64,000 nucleotides of DNA from a bacterium (GTDB taxonomy: Bacteria > SAR324 > NAC60-12): NCBI GenBank assembly GCA_965233585.1, contig CBDDTI010000745.1, positions 320,001 to 384,000 of the forward strand, given 5' to 3'. This document shows, piece after piece, positions 42,721 through 53,235 of the stretch. The position numbers were made by a program, and so were the translations under genes. Under the pieces are notes generated by a model. It was not told the origin of the DNA. It searched no databases and worked only from the letters and a program-made list of their open reading frames with translations. The stretch's first letter is position 1, and each line of letters starts with the position of its first letter.

Positions 42721-44497
42721 GTTGATTCAAAGTCTTAGACAGAAAGGATTCCTGCAAACGATACGTCTTGTTTATATTAGGTTCGTTCCTCTTAGAATCA
42801 CTTGGATTTTATATGATTCTTATTTTCTTTCTTTTTTAAGAAGGTTGAGTTTCCAAATTTATTATAAAGAGTATTTAAGCAGAGTCCAGCTTTCTCGTTT
42901 AGAAGAGACCATTTCTTGTTCTAGTCGTTGGGAAAAATCTCCTAAGATTGAGTGGTTTTTAATTGTGCATCAAAGTTGTTGTTTAGATGCAGTTAAATCT
43001 ATTTTGAATCAACGTTACCAACAGTGGAAACTCAAAATTATCTTTGAATGCCAAACTCAAAAATTACCTGACCGGGTTACAAGAGATTCTCGCCTTTCCA
43101 TTCTTCAAAAAAAAGACAATCAAAGTCTTGCTTCTTTATGCAATCAGTTGATTAAAAAATCATCTTCAGATTGGGTTGGTTTTAGTTCTTCAGATGATGT
43201 CTTAGCTCCTTCTTTTTTTTATGAGATTGCAAATACAATCCATCAAAATCCTCAAATTTCTGCCATTTACTCTGACCATCAAACTCAGTTCACAACAAGC
43301 CAGAGAACTTCCTCTTTTCCTAAGACACAATTTTCATACTGGACGTTACTTTCTCACCAATACATTGGAAGTGTTTTTGCTATTAAACGTCAAGTGATAT
43401 TAGATGCCAGTTGCTTTAAGACAAAATCAACAAGTCCGTTTTATGACCTACTTTTGAGGCTCAATAAAAATCTCACTCATCAGCAAATTGTATGTCTTCA
43501 ATTTCCTTTATGGACTCGTCTGCTAAGAGGGCAAAAACGTTCAGCTTTTTGGGGAGAGTATCCTCATGGGAAGGTAGCATTAACCGAATATTGGAAAAAC
43601 GAAAAAACTGAAGTTGCACTTTCACAAAATTATCTTTTCACAACTCATCAATTTCAAATTAAAAATCAACCTCTGGTCTCTATTATCATTCCGTTCAAAG
43701 ATCATTGGAATCTCACAGAAAAAGCAATTCATTCTGTACTCAATCAAAGTTCTTATTCTCATTTTGAGATTCTATTAGTTGACAATCAAAGTTCCATAGA
43801 AACTAAACAAAAAGTTCAAAAGTATTTGACCAATCATCATCAAATCAAACTGCTAAATTATGATGAGATTTTTAATTTTTCAGCAATTAATAACTTTGCA
43901 GTTCAACAAGCCAAAGGTGAGTATTTAGTTTTATTGAATAATGATGTAGAAGTTTTATCAAAAAACTGGTTAGAAAAAATGTTAGGTTATGCACAGCATC
44001 AACAAATAGGGGCAGTTGGTGCAAAGTTGTATTATCCTGATTTTTCTATTCAGCATGCAGGGATAGCATTGGGTCTTTTCAGTTGTGCAGGGCATCCTTT
44101 GCGTTTTTTAAAAAACCAAGACGATGAGTATTTTTCACTGATGCTTCATGCAAGTCGTGAGGTTAGTGCTGTCACAGCAGCATGTTTGATGGTTAAAAAG
44201 TCAATTTATCAGCAAGTCGGGGGATTGGATTCTCAATTTGCTGTGGCATTCAATGATGTAGATTTTTGCTTAAAACTCCGTCAGGCAGGTTATACCAACT
44301 TGGTGCTAAATGATGTAGAATTGCTCCACAATGAGTCTTCTAGTCGTGGCGATGATGAGACCCCCGAAAAGCAACATCGTATCCAATCAGAAATCTCACT
44401 TTTGCAAAGCAAATGGCAAGATTTACTTGAAAATGACCCATTTTATTCACCAAGGTTGACAAAAGATGCTGAAGACTGTTTATTAGTTTTTCCATAG
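42704..44497 (+). CDS. Two-domain GT2 glycosyltransferase
   Basis: VSIIIPFKD, FNFSAINN, LLNNDVEV, AVTAACL, FNDVDFCL. Confidence 0.9.
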   Translation: MMYLFKLIQSLRQKGFLQTIRLVYIRFVPLRITWILYDSYFLSFLRRLSFQIYYKEYLSRVQLSRLEETISCSSRWEKSPKIEWFLIVHQSCCLDAVKSILNQRYQQWKLKIIFECQTQKLPDRVTRDSRLSILQKKDNQSLASLCNQLIKKSSSDWVGFSSSDDVLAPSFFYEIANTIHQNPQISAIYSDHQTQFTTSQRTSSFPKTQFSYWTLLSHQYIGSVFAIKRQVILDASCFKTKSTSPFYDLLLRLNKNLTHQQIVCLQFPLWTRLLRGQKRSAFWGEYPHGKVALTEYWKNEKTEVALSQNYLFTTHQFQIKNQPLVSIIIPFKDHWNLTEKAIHSVLNQSSYSHFEILLVDNQSSIETKQKVQKYLTNHHQIKLLNYDEIFNFSAINNFAVQQAKGEYLVLLNNDVEVLSKNWLEKMLGYAQHQQIGAVGAKLYYPDFSIQHAGIALGLFSCAGHPLRFLKNQDDEYFSLMLHASREVSAVTAACLMVKKSIYQQVGGLDSQFAVAFNDVDFCLKLRQAGYTNLVLNDVELLHNESSSRGDDETPEKQHRIQSEISLLQSKWQDLLENDPFYSPRLTKDAEDCLLVFP

Positions 44498-44513
44498 TAT
44501 TTCAAAGGGAGGT

Positions 44514-44954
44514 GTGATGAGCAATTTATACGAGGAGGATTTTTGCAAATGGGCAGACCAGCAGGCTCTTTTGCTTAAAACAGGAAGGATTGACCAGCTA
44601 GATTTATCCAACTTAATTGAAGAGGTAGAAGACATGGGCAACAGGCATAGAGATGCTTTGCAAAGTCAGTTAGTCCGATTGATGATGCACATTATTAAGT
44701 GGGAGATTCAGCCCCAAAAACGTTCAAAAAGTTGGGTCTCTTCTATCAATGATGCGAGGAATCAAATTGATTTCAGCCAAGAACGTTATCCTTCATTGAA
44801 CAATCAATATATTCAATCCATTTGGGAGTCATCTTTCACTTTAGCAAAACGATATGCCCAAAAAGAGACAAGACTTCAAACCAATATGACAAAACTTTCG
44901 TGGCAAGAAGTCTTTGAAGAAGATTATTTTTTAGACGATACACAATCATCATAA
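44514..44954 (+). CDS. DUF29 family protein, copy 1
   Basis: LYEEDF..WA..QA.LL, LD..NLIEEVEDMG, H..KW..QP, SW..SI..AR, PSL. Confidence 0.88.
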   Translation: MMSNLYEEDFCKWADQQALLLKTGRIDQLDLSNLIEEVEDMGNRHRDALQSQLVRLMMHIIKWEIQPQKRSKSWVSSINDARNQIDFSQERYPSLNNQYIQSIWESSFTLAKRYAQKETRLQTNMTKLSWQEVFEEDYFLDDTQSS

Positions 44955-45037
44955 GAGGAAGGCATGAAAGGGATTGTATTGGCAAGCGGGATTTGAAGAC
45001 TGTTTATTAGTTTTTCCATAGTATTTCAAAGGGAGAT

Positions 45038-45478
45038 GTGATGAGCAATTTATACGAGGAGGATTTTTGCAGATGGGCAGACCAGCAGGCTCTTTTGCTG
45101 AAAACAGGAAGGATTGACCAGCTAGATTTGTCTAATTTAATTGAAGAGGTAGAAGATATGGGCAAAAGCATTAAGAGGGGATTACAAAGTCAGTTAGTCC
45201 GATTGATGATGCACATCATTAAGTGGGAGATTCAGCCCCAAAAACGTTCTCATAGCTGGGTTTCTTCTATCAATGATGCTAGAACTCAAATTGACTTAAC
45301 TCAATACCATCATCCTTCATTGAACAATCAATATATTCAATCTATTTGGGAGTCATCTTTTACTTTAGCAAAACGATATGCCCAAAAAGAAACAAGACTT
45401 CAAACCAATATGACAAACCTTTCGTGGCAAGAAGTCTTTGAAGAAGATTATTTTTTAGACGATACACAATCATCATAA
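45038..45478 (+). CDS. DUF29 family protein, copy 2
   Basis: Tandem duplicate with a 524-bp period. Confidence 0.88.
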   Translation: MMSNLYEEDFCRWADQQALLLKTGRIDQLDLSNLIEEVEDMGKSIKRGLQSQLVRLMMHIIKWEIQPQKRSHSWVSSINDARTQIDLTQYHHPSLNNQYIQSIWESSFTLAKRYAQKETRLQTNMTNLSWQEVFEEDYFLDDTQSS

Positions 45479-45487
45479 GAGGAAGAC

Positions 45488-46201
45488 ATGAAAGGTATTG
45501 TATTGGCAGGTGGGACAGGCTCAAGGCTTTATCCTTTAACGAAGGTAACCAATAAACATTTGTTGCCTATTGGAGCGAAGCCAATGATTTTTTACCCCAT
45601 AGAGAAATTGGTTGAGGCAGAAATAGATGACGTCTTGATTGTGACAGGTATTGATCACATGGGAGACGTAGTTTCATTGCTTGGTAGTGGCAAGGATTTT
45701 GGCTGTCGTTTTACTTACAAGGTGCAAGATGAGGCAGGAGGCATCGCCCAAGCCTTAGGATTGTGCAAAGAATTTGTCGGGTTTGATGAAGTGTGCGTCA
45801 TCTTGGGGGACAATATTTTTCAAGACTCCATTGTTCCCTATATTGAAAATTTTAAAAAGCAACGCAACGGAGCTAAGCTATTGCTGAAAGAAGTCAATGA
45901 CCCTCAAAGGTATGGTGTGGCTGAAATTCAAGAAAATTCCATCATTGGTATTGAAGAAAAGCCAAAATCTCCTAAATCATCTTATGCTGTAACTGGAATT
46001 TACATGTATGACCAGCACGTTTTTGAAAACATTCCTACCTTGCAACCCTCAGCACGTGGTGAGCTAGAAATTACAGATGTCAATAATTTTTACGTCCAAC
46101 AAAATACCTTGAGTTATGACATTTTACAAGGTTGGTGGACTGATGCGGGGACGTTTTCTTCTTATTACTTAGCCAATCAACTGGCGGCTCAAACTCTCTA
46201 A
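45488..46201 (+). CDS. rmlA: Glucose-1-phosphate thymidylyltransferase (short RmlA/SpsI type)
   Basis: KGIVLAGGTGSRLYPLT, LGDN, EEKP, SARGELEITD. Confidence 0.9.
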   Translation: MKGIVLAGGTGSRLYPLTKVTNKHLLPIGAKPMIFYPIEKLVEAEIDDVLIVTGIDHMGDVVSLLGSGKDFGCRFTYKVQDEAGGIAQALGLCKEFVGFDEVCVILGDNIFQDSIVPYIENFKKQRNGAKLLLKEVNDPQRYGVAEIQENSIIGIEEKPKSPKSSYAVTGIYMYDQHVFENIPTLQPSARGELEITDVNNFYVQQNTLSYDILQGWWTDAGTFSSYYLANQLAAQTL

Positions 46202-46212
46202 GCTTATCGTTT

Positions 46213-47211
46213 ATGAACCTTCTTATTACAGGCGGGGCTGGCTTTATCGGCTCAAATTTAATCCTCTACTGGCTCAAGCAATTTCCCAATGACTACCTTG
46301 TCAACTTTGATGCTCTCACTTATGCAGGGAATCTTGAAAATTTAAAAGAGGTTGAAAATCACCCTAACTATCAGTTTATCAAAGGAAATTTACTTGAGCA
46401 GGAAGTGATTGAGAAGGTTTTCCAAGATTACTCAATAGATGGTGTCATTCATTTAGCTGCAGAATCCCACGTAGACCGCAGTATTTTAGGACCAAGTGCC
46501 TTTGTGCAAACCAATATTGTTGGCACGTTTCATCTGTTAGAAGTTGCCAAAAAATTTTTTCAAGGCAAGCCACATTGCCGATTTCATCATGTCAGCACTG
46601 ATGAAGTCTATGGGTCATTAGGTGCAACAGGACAATTTACAGAACACACGCCCTATGCACCAAATTCTCCCTATTCTGCCTCTAAAGCCTCAAGCGATCA
46701 TTTGGTGCGTGCTTACCACGAAACGTATGGCTTAAATACAACCATTAGCAACTGTTCTAATAATTACGGACCTTATCAATTCCCCGAAAAACTGATTCCT
46801 CTGACCATTCAAAATTGTTTGAACCATCGTGAAATCCCTGTTTATGGCGATGGTCAAAACGTCAGAGATTGGCTTTATGTAGAAGACCATTGCGAAGCCC
46901 TTGCTACCATTTTTCATCATGGTCAATCTGGACAAACCTACAACGTCGGAGGACACAACGAATGGCAAAACATTCAGATTGTAGAAAAAATTTGCGAATT
47001 GATAGACCAGCAGACTGGGAGACAAGACTCAGCCAAAAAGCTCATCACGTTTGTCAAAGATAGGCTGGGACATGATAGACGTTATGCCATAGACGCCTCC
47101 AAAATCCAGAAGGATTTAGGCTGGAGTCCTCGTCATTCATTTGGGCAGGGATTGATGAAAACAGTCAACTGGTATTTGGATCAATCAGAAGAAACGAAGA
47201 AACAACCCTAA
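46213..47211 (+). CDS. rmlB: dTDP-glucose 4,6-dehydratase
   Basis: TGGAGFIG, AAESHVDRSI, STDEVYG, YSASK, GHDRRYA. Confidence 0.96.
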   Translation: MNLLITGGAGFIGSNLILYWLKQFPNDYLVNFDALTYAGNLENLKEVENHPNYQFIKGNLLEQEVIEKVFQDYSIDGVIHLAAESHVDRSILGPSAFVQTNIVGTFHLLEVAKKFFQGKPHCRFHHVSTDEVYGSLGATGQFTEHTPYAPNSPYSASKASSDHLVRAYHETYGLNTTISNCSNNYGPYQFPEKLIPLTIQNCLNHREIPVYGDGQNVRDWLYVEDHCEALATIFHHGQSGQTYNVGGHNEWQNIQIVEKICELIDQQTGRQDSAKKLITFVKDRLGHDRRYAIDASKIQKDLGWSPRHSFGQGLMKTVNWYLDQSEETKKQP

Positions 47212-47269
47212 CACCCAGAAAAACGAATTGCAAAGAAGTTAAGGAGACGATGGGCTTATTGAAGGGAAT

Positions 47270-47488
47270 CTATAAATCCATTTTTTGCGCGGCTCGGATT
47301 TCTCGTTTGATGTCCTTGTGGCGCTGCTTCTGGGCATTTTCTCTTTTGATACGTTTGGCAACGCAGGGCTTCATGTAGAACTTTCGTTTTTTGAGTTCTC
47401 TAAAAAGTCCCTCTCTAATCAAGGTACGTTTGAGTTGCATCAGGGCTTTGGGCATGTTTCCATCACGAATTTCAATTGTAACAGGCAT
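47270..47488 (-). CDS. rpsU: 30S ribosomal protein S21
   Basis: KAL..LKR....EG.FRELKKRKFYMKP; start taken at MPVTIE. Confidence 0.88.
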   Translation of the reverse strand: MPVTIEIRDGNMPKALMQLKRTLIREGLFRELKKRKFYMKPCVAKRIKRENAQKQRHKDIKREIRAAQKMDL

Positions 47489-47649
47489 AGATTGCTTTTC
47501 AGTAAAAAGTTGACAAAAAACCCAAGATTGTAACAAACTGCTTCAGTTTAGACAAGACGTGATTATGACAAAAGTTGTAGGCATTGTTTGTGTGGGGTTT
47601 TGAGTCAAGGATTTTGTGATGCCTTTGAAATGTGGTTTAACAAAAGGTT

Positions 47650-48252
47650 TTAAAATAAGGTCATTTGTTGAGATGGTGGCTTTTCTTTGTCCAGACTCCA
47701 AGTAAGTTCTACTTTTTGAATACCACCTCGTGAGTCATACAGCAGGTGTCCACGGTCTAAGGCGTAACGATGGACGTCTCTGGTAATGGTCACGTCGTCT
47801 TTGCAATATTTAATGATTTTGTCTAGCTGACCTGTTTTATACCATTCTAAAGCCTGCAAGCCGTCTGCTGATTTTCCAATCTTTAAAGTCGGGCTTGCAA
47901 TGCTGTCTAACTTCAAACGGTGTCCCAAGACTTTTTTTAATTCAAGAAGCATGTCAAAATTGTTCAAATTACTCAATTCGCCATAAGCTCGTTCCCTGTC
48001 ACCTGATTTTTGTGCGACACAACCTGCAACCACTTTGTAGTCAAAACCAACATGATTGAAGCCAACCACCATGTCAGCTTCTTTACAATGCCGAACCAAT
48101 TCTAAAGATTGATCTTCTTTGTAAATATGGAACTTCTCATCTTGTGTATCCCACAAAATCCCAACGGACATTCCCATATCCATAATGTTTGACCAACCTC
48201 CAACGTCATCAGCAGAACGTTTTGTCTCTAAATCAAAATATAAAATACGCAT
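47650..48252 (-). CDS. RNase H-like (YprB/DEDD) domain protein
   Basis: YFDLET, VGFN..GFD, LDSIA..TL..GKS.DG..A..W, YC.DDV. Confidence 0.8.
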   Translation of the reverse strand: MRILYFDLETKRSADDVGGWSNIMDMGMSVGILWDTQDEKFHIYKEDQSLELVRHCKEADMVVGFNHVGFDYKVVAGCVAQKSGDRERAYGELSNLNNFDMLLELKKVLGHRLKLDSIASPTLKIGKSADGLQALEWYKTGQLDKIIKYCKDDVTITRDVHRYALDRGHLLYDSRGGIQKVELTWSLDKEKPPSQQMTLF

Positions 48253-48267
48253 AATTTCAAAATCAAT

Positions 48268-48831
48268 ATGATGAATTACTATGAAACTCTAGGAGTTTCT
48301 CACTCTGCTAGCCAAGAAGAGATTCAAAAAGCCTTCCGCACTATGGCAAAACGTTACCACCCAGACGCCTACGCTGGTAACGATGAACATGAAATGAAAC
48401 GAAGGCAAACACAATTTATTTTAATCACGCAAGCCTATGAAACATTGAAGGACTCACAAAAACGCAGAACATACGACGCCAAATTAAATCTGCATTCAAA
48501 AAAGAATCACTCTTCTGACCAACGGTCTCATTCTAAAGGATTTCAGCAAAACAGTCATGCTTTTAATGACTTTGACTCAAACGTTCCTCCTTTTGAAACA
48601 GAAAATTTAAGTGATTTATTTCAAGATGCAGAGGATTTGCTAGGGAAGTTAGGGGTAGATCCACGTCCCAGATTTGAGCAACTTTTAGATTGGGCATTGG
48701 CAGTCTTTCGTTCATTGATTGATGAGGAATCTGACCATGGCAAAAACTCATCTTCTACCCGTTCCAAGCGAAAAAGTTTTACTGATGAGGTAGAACGAGA
48801 ATTTTCAAATTTAAAACAAAAGTATTTTTAA
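48268..48831 (+). CDS. DnaJ-domain protein
   Basis: [24 protein letters not shown]. Confidence 0.88.
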   Translation: MMNYYETLGVSHSASQEEIQKAFRTMAKRYHPDAYAGNDEHEMKRRQTQFILITQAYETLKDSQKRRTYDAKLNLHSKKNHSSDQRSHSKGFQQNSHAFNDFDSNVPPFETENLSDLFQDAEDLLGKLGVDPRPRFEQLLDWALAVFRSLIDEESDHGKNSSSTRSKRKSFTDEVEREFSNLKQKYF

Positions 48832-48841
48832 ACGTTTTCTT

Positions 48842-49774
48842 ATGAACTTCAATAATCCATTTCAGGCATCTATTGCCGTTTTGATTCCATGCTTGAATGA
48901 AGAAGTCACCATAGGCAAGGTAGTGTCTGATGCAAAACAGGCTTTGCCTGAGGCAACTATCTTTGTTTTTGACAACAATTCTACCGACCGCACAGCAGAA
49001 ATTGCGAAAGAAGCAGGGGCTGTGGTGATTCCCGAACCCCGCCCGGGTAAAGGTCATGTAGTGGCATCTATGTTCCGTTTGATTGACGCAGAATACTACG
49101 TCATGGTTGATGGTGATGACACCTACTGCATCAAAGAGGTTCAAAAATTACTTGACCCGCTGATGCAAAATCAAGCAGATATGTGTGTTGCCACAAGGTT
49201 AGAAGAGTACAGTCAAACTTCATTTCGTCCTCTTCATGTGTTTGGCAATGAGCTAGTGAAGAAGCTGGTGAATCAAATTTTTCAAAGCGACCTTAAAGAC
49301 ATCATGTCTGGATTCCGTACCTTTACCAAAGAGTTTGTCAATACCGTTCCCACACTTTCATCAGGCTTTGAGATAGAAACAGAGCTAACGATTAGAGCAT
49401 TGGACTACCACATGAGAATCTCAGAAATTCCCTTGCCTTATCGTGAACGTCCGACAGGTTCATTTTCCAAACTTCATACTTTCCGAGATGGCACGCGAGT
49501 CTTGCTACAAATTTTCAATATTGCCAAAGCGTATCGTCCATTCACTTTTTTTGGATACATCAGTGCCTTTTTCATGTTGCTGTCATTCTTGACAGGGAGT
49601 GCCGTCATCATTGACTTTTTAGAAGACCAATACGTCAACAAAGTCCCTACTGCGATTTTGGCATCTGCATGTGGTCTCATTTCCATCGGGGCATTGTCAC
49701 TTGGGGTTGCCTTGCATACCCTGAATGAACGTTTTAGGGAGATCAACCACCTTTGGAAAAAAATGAACTCATAG
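48842..49774 (+). CDS. GT2 glycosyltransferase (Dpm1-like) with C-terminal TM helices
   Basis: LIPCLNEE, DNNSTD, VDGDDTY, GFEIETE, YRERP.GS.SKL.TFRDG. Confidence 0.9.
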   Translation: MNFNNPFQASIAVLIPCLNEEVTIGKVVSDAKQALPEATIFVFDNNSTDRTAEIAKEAGAVVIPEPRPGKGHVVASMFRLIDAEYYVMVDGDDTYCIKEVQKLLDPLMQNQADMCVATRLEEYSQTSFRPLHVFGNELVKKLVNQIFQSDLKDIMSGFRTFTKEFVNTVPTLSSGFEIETELTIRALDYHMRISEIPLPYRERPTGSFSKLHTFRDGTRVLLQIFNIAKAYRPFTFFGYISAFFMLLSFLTGSAVIIDFLEDQYVNKVPTAILASACGLISIGALSLGVALHTLNERFREINHLWKKMNS

Positions 49775-49802
49775 ACAAACCACTTGACCTAAAACTCCAA
49801 AA

Positions 49803-50735
49803 TTAGGAGGACGAACGTTGTTGAGAAAGGAGTTTTTGAGTGTCTTCAAGTGTAGGAATGGAATCTTGCGCACCTTTTTTTGAGACAGCAAGCGAGGCGG
49901 CAAGTTGCCCATCATTCAATGCTGTTTGAAGAGACTCTTGACGCATGAGAGAAGCACAGAATGCCCCGATGAATGTATCACCTGCCGCAGTGGTGTCCAC
50001 AACACGGGTCTGATAGGCAGGGAACGTCCAAACATCTGCTTTGTCACAAGCCACAACACCTTTGTCTCCCAGTGTGATGATGGCATGTTTTACTCCTAAA
50101 TCTTGAAGTTTCAACACCGCCTGCTTGGCATCTTCAACTGATTGAATCCGAATTTGCAGCAAATCACCAGCTTCTACTTCATTGACCACAAGATAAGCCA
50201 GTTTTGACAAAAGATGCGTGTCAAAATTCTGGAAAGGTGAGGGGTTCAGCACAACAGGCACACCTGCACGATGTGCCATGTCAATGGCATCAAACACAGT
50301 TTCAAGGGGTGTTTCAAATTGACAGACCAAACAACTGGCTTGCTGAATGGTCTCCTTTGCCTCTGACAGCAATTTGGGGGTCAATTCCCCATTTGCCCCT
50401 TCAATCACAATGATTGAATTTTGCCCCTCTGCATTTAGTAAAATAGCCGCAACTCCTGTTGCCACTCCCTCCCTTTCAAAAACCCAATCCACACCCACTT
50501 GAGCCTTGGCAAGACTCCCTTTCAGTTCTTGACCAAATCCATCTTTCCCTACACAGCCAATCATTTCTACTGAAGCCCCTTGCTTTGCACAAGCCACAGC
50601 TTGATTTGCACCTTTTCCCCCAGAACCTGATAAAAAATGTTGTCCATGAATGGTCTCACCAGCCCTCGGAAACCTTGCACTTTGAAAGCACAAATCCATG
50701 TTCAAACTTCCTAAAACAACAACCGACTTAGACAT
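49803..50735 (-). CDS. rbsK: Ribokinase
   Basis: GSLNMDL, GGKGANQA, NEVEA, DTTAAGDTF. Confidence 0.93.
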   Translation of the reverse strand: MSKSVVVLGSLNMDLCFQSARFPRAGETIHGQHFLSGSGGKGANQAVACAKQGASVEMIGCVGKDGFGQELKGSLAKAQVGVDWVFEREGVATGVAAILLNAEGQNSIIVIEGANGELTPKLLSEAKETIQQASCLVCQFETPLETVFDAIDMAHRAGVPVVLNPSPFQNFDTHLLSKLAYLVVNEVEAGDLLQIRIQSVEDAKQAVLKLQDLGVKHAIITLGDKGVVACDKADVWTFPAYQTRVVDTTAAGDTFIGAFCASLMRQESLQTALNDGQLAASLAVSKKGAQDSIPTLEDTQKLLSQQRSSS

Positions 50736-50844
50736 GATTCACTCCTCTTTGATTCAAAATCATTACAAACTGCCTATTATGCAATTTTTTATAACTTTAG
50801 TGAAAAACAAAATGACTCCCGTTATTCTCTGTCGTAGAAAACTC

Positions 50845-51603
50845 TCAAGACAAAGTCCATTCAACGATGGCATGAGCCAGATGCTTCATGTCTTGTGTTT
50901 CAGGAACGACTGCGGGTTGCATGGAATAATGCCGTAATTTTTGTGCAGTGACCTGACCAATGCAAGCGATTTGCACATCAGCCATCTTGGCATGAATCGT
51001 GGCACACTCAAAAAAATGTTGAACAGTGGATGGGCTGGTGAAGACAATCCAGTCAAGCGAATCCAAAAGATTCTGATGCTTGCTGAAAGAGTCTTTGGCA
51101 CAAGAGACAATCTGATAAACAGGGGTTGCGATGACGGTAGCACCTTGTTGGGTGAGTTGTTCCTGCAAAAGTGTTCTCGGTGCTTCAGCTTGCAAAAGCC
51201 AGTAAGTTTGTTGAGCAAAATCTTGACGTTGCAGTGCATGGAGTAGCCCCTCGCTTTGGAAAAATTCAGGAATTAAATCTGTCTCAATCCCAAATTTTTG
51301 CAGGCTTTGGGCAGTGGCACGTCCGACACAAGCGATTTGAGATTGTTTGAAATAGTTTGCACTGAACCCCAACAAGCGGAGTCTTTCCAAAGTGAACTCT
51401 ACCCCATTCTTACTACTAAAAATCACCCAATCTGCCACAAAATTTTGCTGAAGCAATTCATCAAAAGCAAGCCATGAAGACGGAGGTTTCACCTGAATCA
51501 TGGGCAGTTGGACAACCTCTGCCCCTTGAGACTCTAAAATTTTGACCAATTCAGAGCCTTCTAATCCTGTCAATGCAATCCGCTTGTTCTTTAAATGTTG
51601 CAT
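50845..51603 (-). CDS. hemD: Uroporphyrinogen-III synthase
   Basis: IFSSKNGV, ACVGRATA, FTSPSTV, ACIGQVTA. Confidence 0.9.
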   Translation of the reverse strand: MQHLKNKRIALTGLEGSELVKILESQGAEVVQLPMIQVKPPSSWLAFDELLQQNFVADWVIFSSKNGVEFTLERLRLLGFSANYFKQSQIACVGRATAQSLQKFGIETDLIPEFFQSEGLLHALQRQDFAQQTYWLLQAEAPRTLLQEQLTQQGATVIATPVYQIVSCAKDSFSKHQNLLDSLDWIVFTSPSTVQHFFECATIHAKMADVQIACIGQVTAQKLRHYSMQPAVVPETQDMKHLAHAIVEWTLS

Positions 51604-51834
51604 CTGAACCTCCAGTCAGTCAAAAAATGTGAGTCAAAATTTGTGATGACTTCAAAATTTGCATAGTATTCCTCATCTTTAACACTTTTCATTGATTTGT
51701 TGTGCATACTAAAAAAATAATAGACACAGTTTAAAATTTTCTATAGAACTTTTTTACTTATCCTAAGCATATACACGGCACGAAGTGTAAGTTGCGTTGT
51801 GACTGCTTATTTCCAATCTCAAAAATTTTTCATC

Positions 51835-53088
51835 CTATAATTTTCTTGAAAACTTTCTAAAGGATTTGACCAGCTCATAAAACAAAACAATATCAAGAAT
51901 GTTCTTGAATGAGTTTAAAGGTTCAAAGAAATTGATGTATTTCAAATGATCAAGATCAGAAAATATTTTTTGAATTGAAGAGGTTGGATTAAGAAAATGT
52001 AAAAAGTATTTGACAAATTCTTCTAAGCAAAAGTAATCAAAATAAATCAAAGCGAATGTCATGGATAAATTCAATACAATAATACAAATCAAGGGAATTA
52101 CAGGTTGTGTTCCATAATAACTTACTACCTTTTCAAAAGACAAAAGCCACATATTCAAATTTTTCCAACTTAAACTTTGCCTGTATTTCTCCATCTCTTG
52201 TACATGAAAGTCTAATGCTTTGATTTGATCTTGTTGTTTTAAAGCAAGATTTTTTAAAATCAAAAAAGTTTCTCTATTGGCTGCATGCTCTATATTTGTA
52301 TCAGTATAATCTATGGCTTGAATTTGAGAAGATTTTAAATTTAATTTAAATTGGTCACACTTTCTAGTATTAACTTGCCCAAAACTTAAAAATTTTTCAA
52401 AAACTGTATACTCAAAATTAACATCTTGAATAAAAACTACCTGCCTAAAGGAAACATTATCCATGAAATGTGCATATCTAAAATCTACATTTTTTGTAAA
52501 AATAGCCTCTCTAAAATATGTTTTTTCACTAAAAATGGCGTCAATAAAATCTGCATTTTTATAAAAAATAGTCTCTCTAAAATTTGCTTCTTTTTTAAAC
52601 TGAGAACCATTAAATTTCACAAATTTTTGAAAATTTGATCCTGTAAAGATTGCTTCTTTTTTAAAAATACTCCTAGAAAAATTTGAGTCTTCCTTGAATA
52701 TAGAGTTTTTAAAGTCAGCATCAAATTCAAAAGTTTCACCTTCAAAAGATGCTTCTATAAGAAAAATACAACGACTAAATTTGGCAAGAGTTGGATCATT
52801 ACCATCAAATTTTGCAATACTCCTTGTTTTTTGTAGGGTTTTTTCCATACGCTTTTTAATTTGTGAGGGCTTTTCAATTAAGTCATATTCCTCACTACCT
52901 AACTTGACAAATCTCTGCTTAAAATCTAGTTTTTTACTAGAATGCTCATAAATCATATCTAAATCACCTTGATCTAATTTAGAAATTTCTGCTTCTATAT
53001 GCCTTTCTTCAATTTTAAGCTCTAGCCATTCTCCATTCTTTTTAACCTTGATTAATCCTTGTTTTAGTTTTAAAGTATCTACTTTCAT
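51835..53088 (-). CDS. Pentapeptide-repeat (AxFxx type) protein with C-terminal membrane segment
   Basis: Repeated A.F..S.F units, then YGT..V.P and TM helices; very AT-rich; GAGGAG RBS before ATG 53088. Confidence 0.8.
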   Translation of the reverse strand: MKVDTLKLKQGLIKVKKNGEWLELKIEERHIEAEISKLDQGDLDMIYEHSSKKLDFKQRFVKLGSEEYDLIEKPSQIKKRMEKTLQKTRSIAKFDGNDPTLAKFSRCIFLIEASFEGETFEFDADFKNSIFKEDSNFSRSIFKKEAIFTGSNFQKFVKFNGSQFKKEANFRETIFYKNADFIDAIFSEKTYFREAIFTKNVDFRYAHFMDNVSFRQVVFIQDVNFEYTVFEKFLSFGQVNTRKCDQFKLNLKSSQIQAIDYTDTNIEHAANRETFLILKNLALKQQDQIKALDFHVQEMEKYRQSLSWKNLNMWLLSFEKVVSYYGTQPVIPLICIIVLNLSMTFALIYFDYFCLEEFVKYFLHFLNPTSSIQKIFSDLDHLKYINFFEPLNSFKNILDIVLFYELVKSFRKFSRKL

Positions 53089-53167
53089 TGCTCCTCTTTG
53101 ACTCAAAAAATTGCTTGTATTATAACATCTTTTTGACTTTCCCAACTTATCTTTCTCGTAGAAAATT

Positions 53168-53198
53168 TTTTACTATACTTTAACAAAGTATAGTAAAA
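53168..53198. promoter_or_regulatory. Perfect inverted repeat with 14-bp arms between divergent ORFs
   Basis: TTTTACTATACTTT-AAC-AAAGTATAGTAAAA. Confidence 0.5.
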
Positions 53199-53235
53199 GT
53201 ACAGTATTTTGAAAATGTTTTTAAATTTCAAATAG

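Noticed and set aside
44514..45478. Diversity-generating retroelement (template/variable repeat pair)
   Set aside because: Differences are not adenine-specific, both copies are full genes, and no reverse transcriptase is in the window.
47489..47536. N-terminal extension of S21 in the ORF track
   Set aside because: TTG-start extension over a promoter-like region; similarity to S21 begins at MPVTIE.
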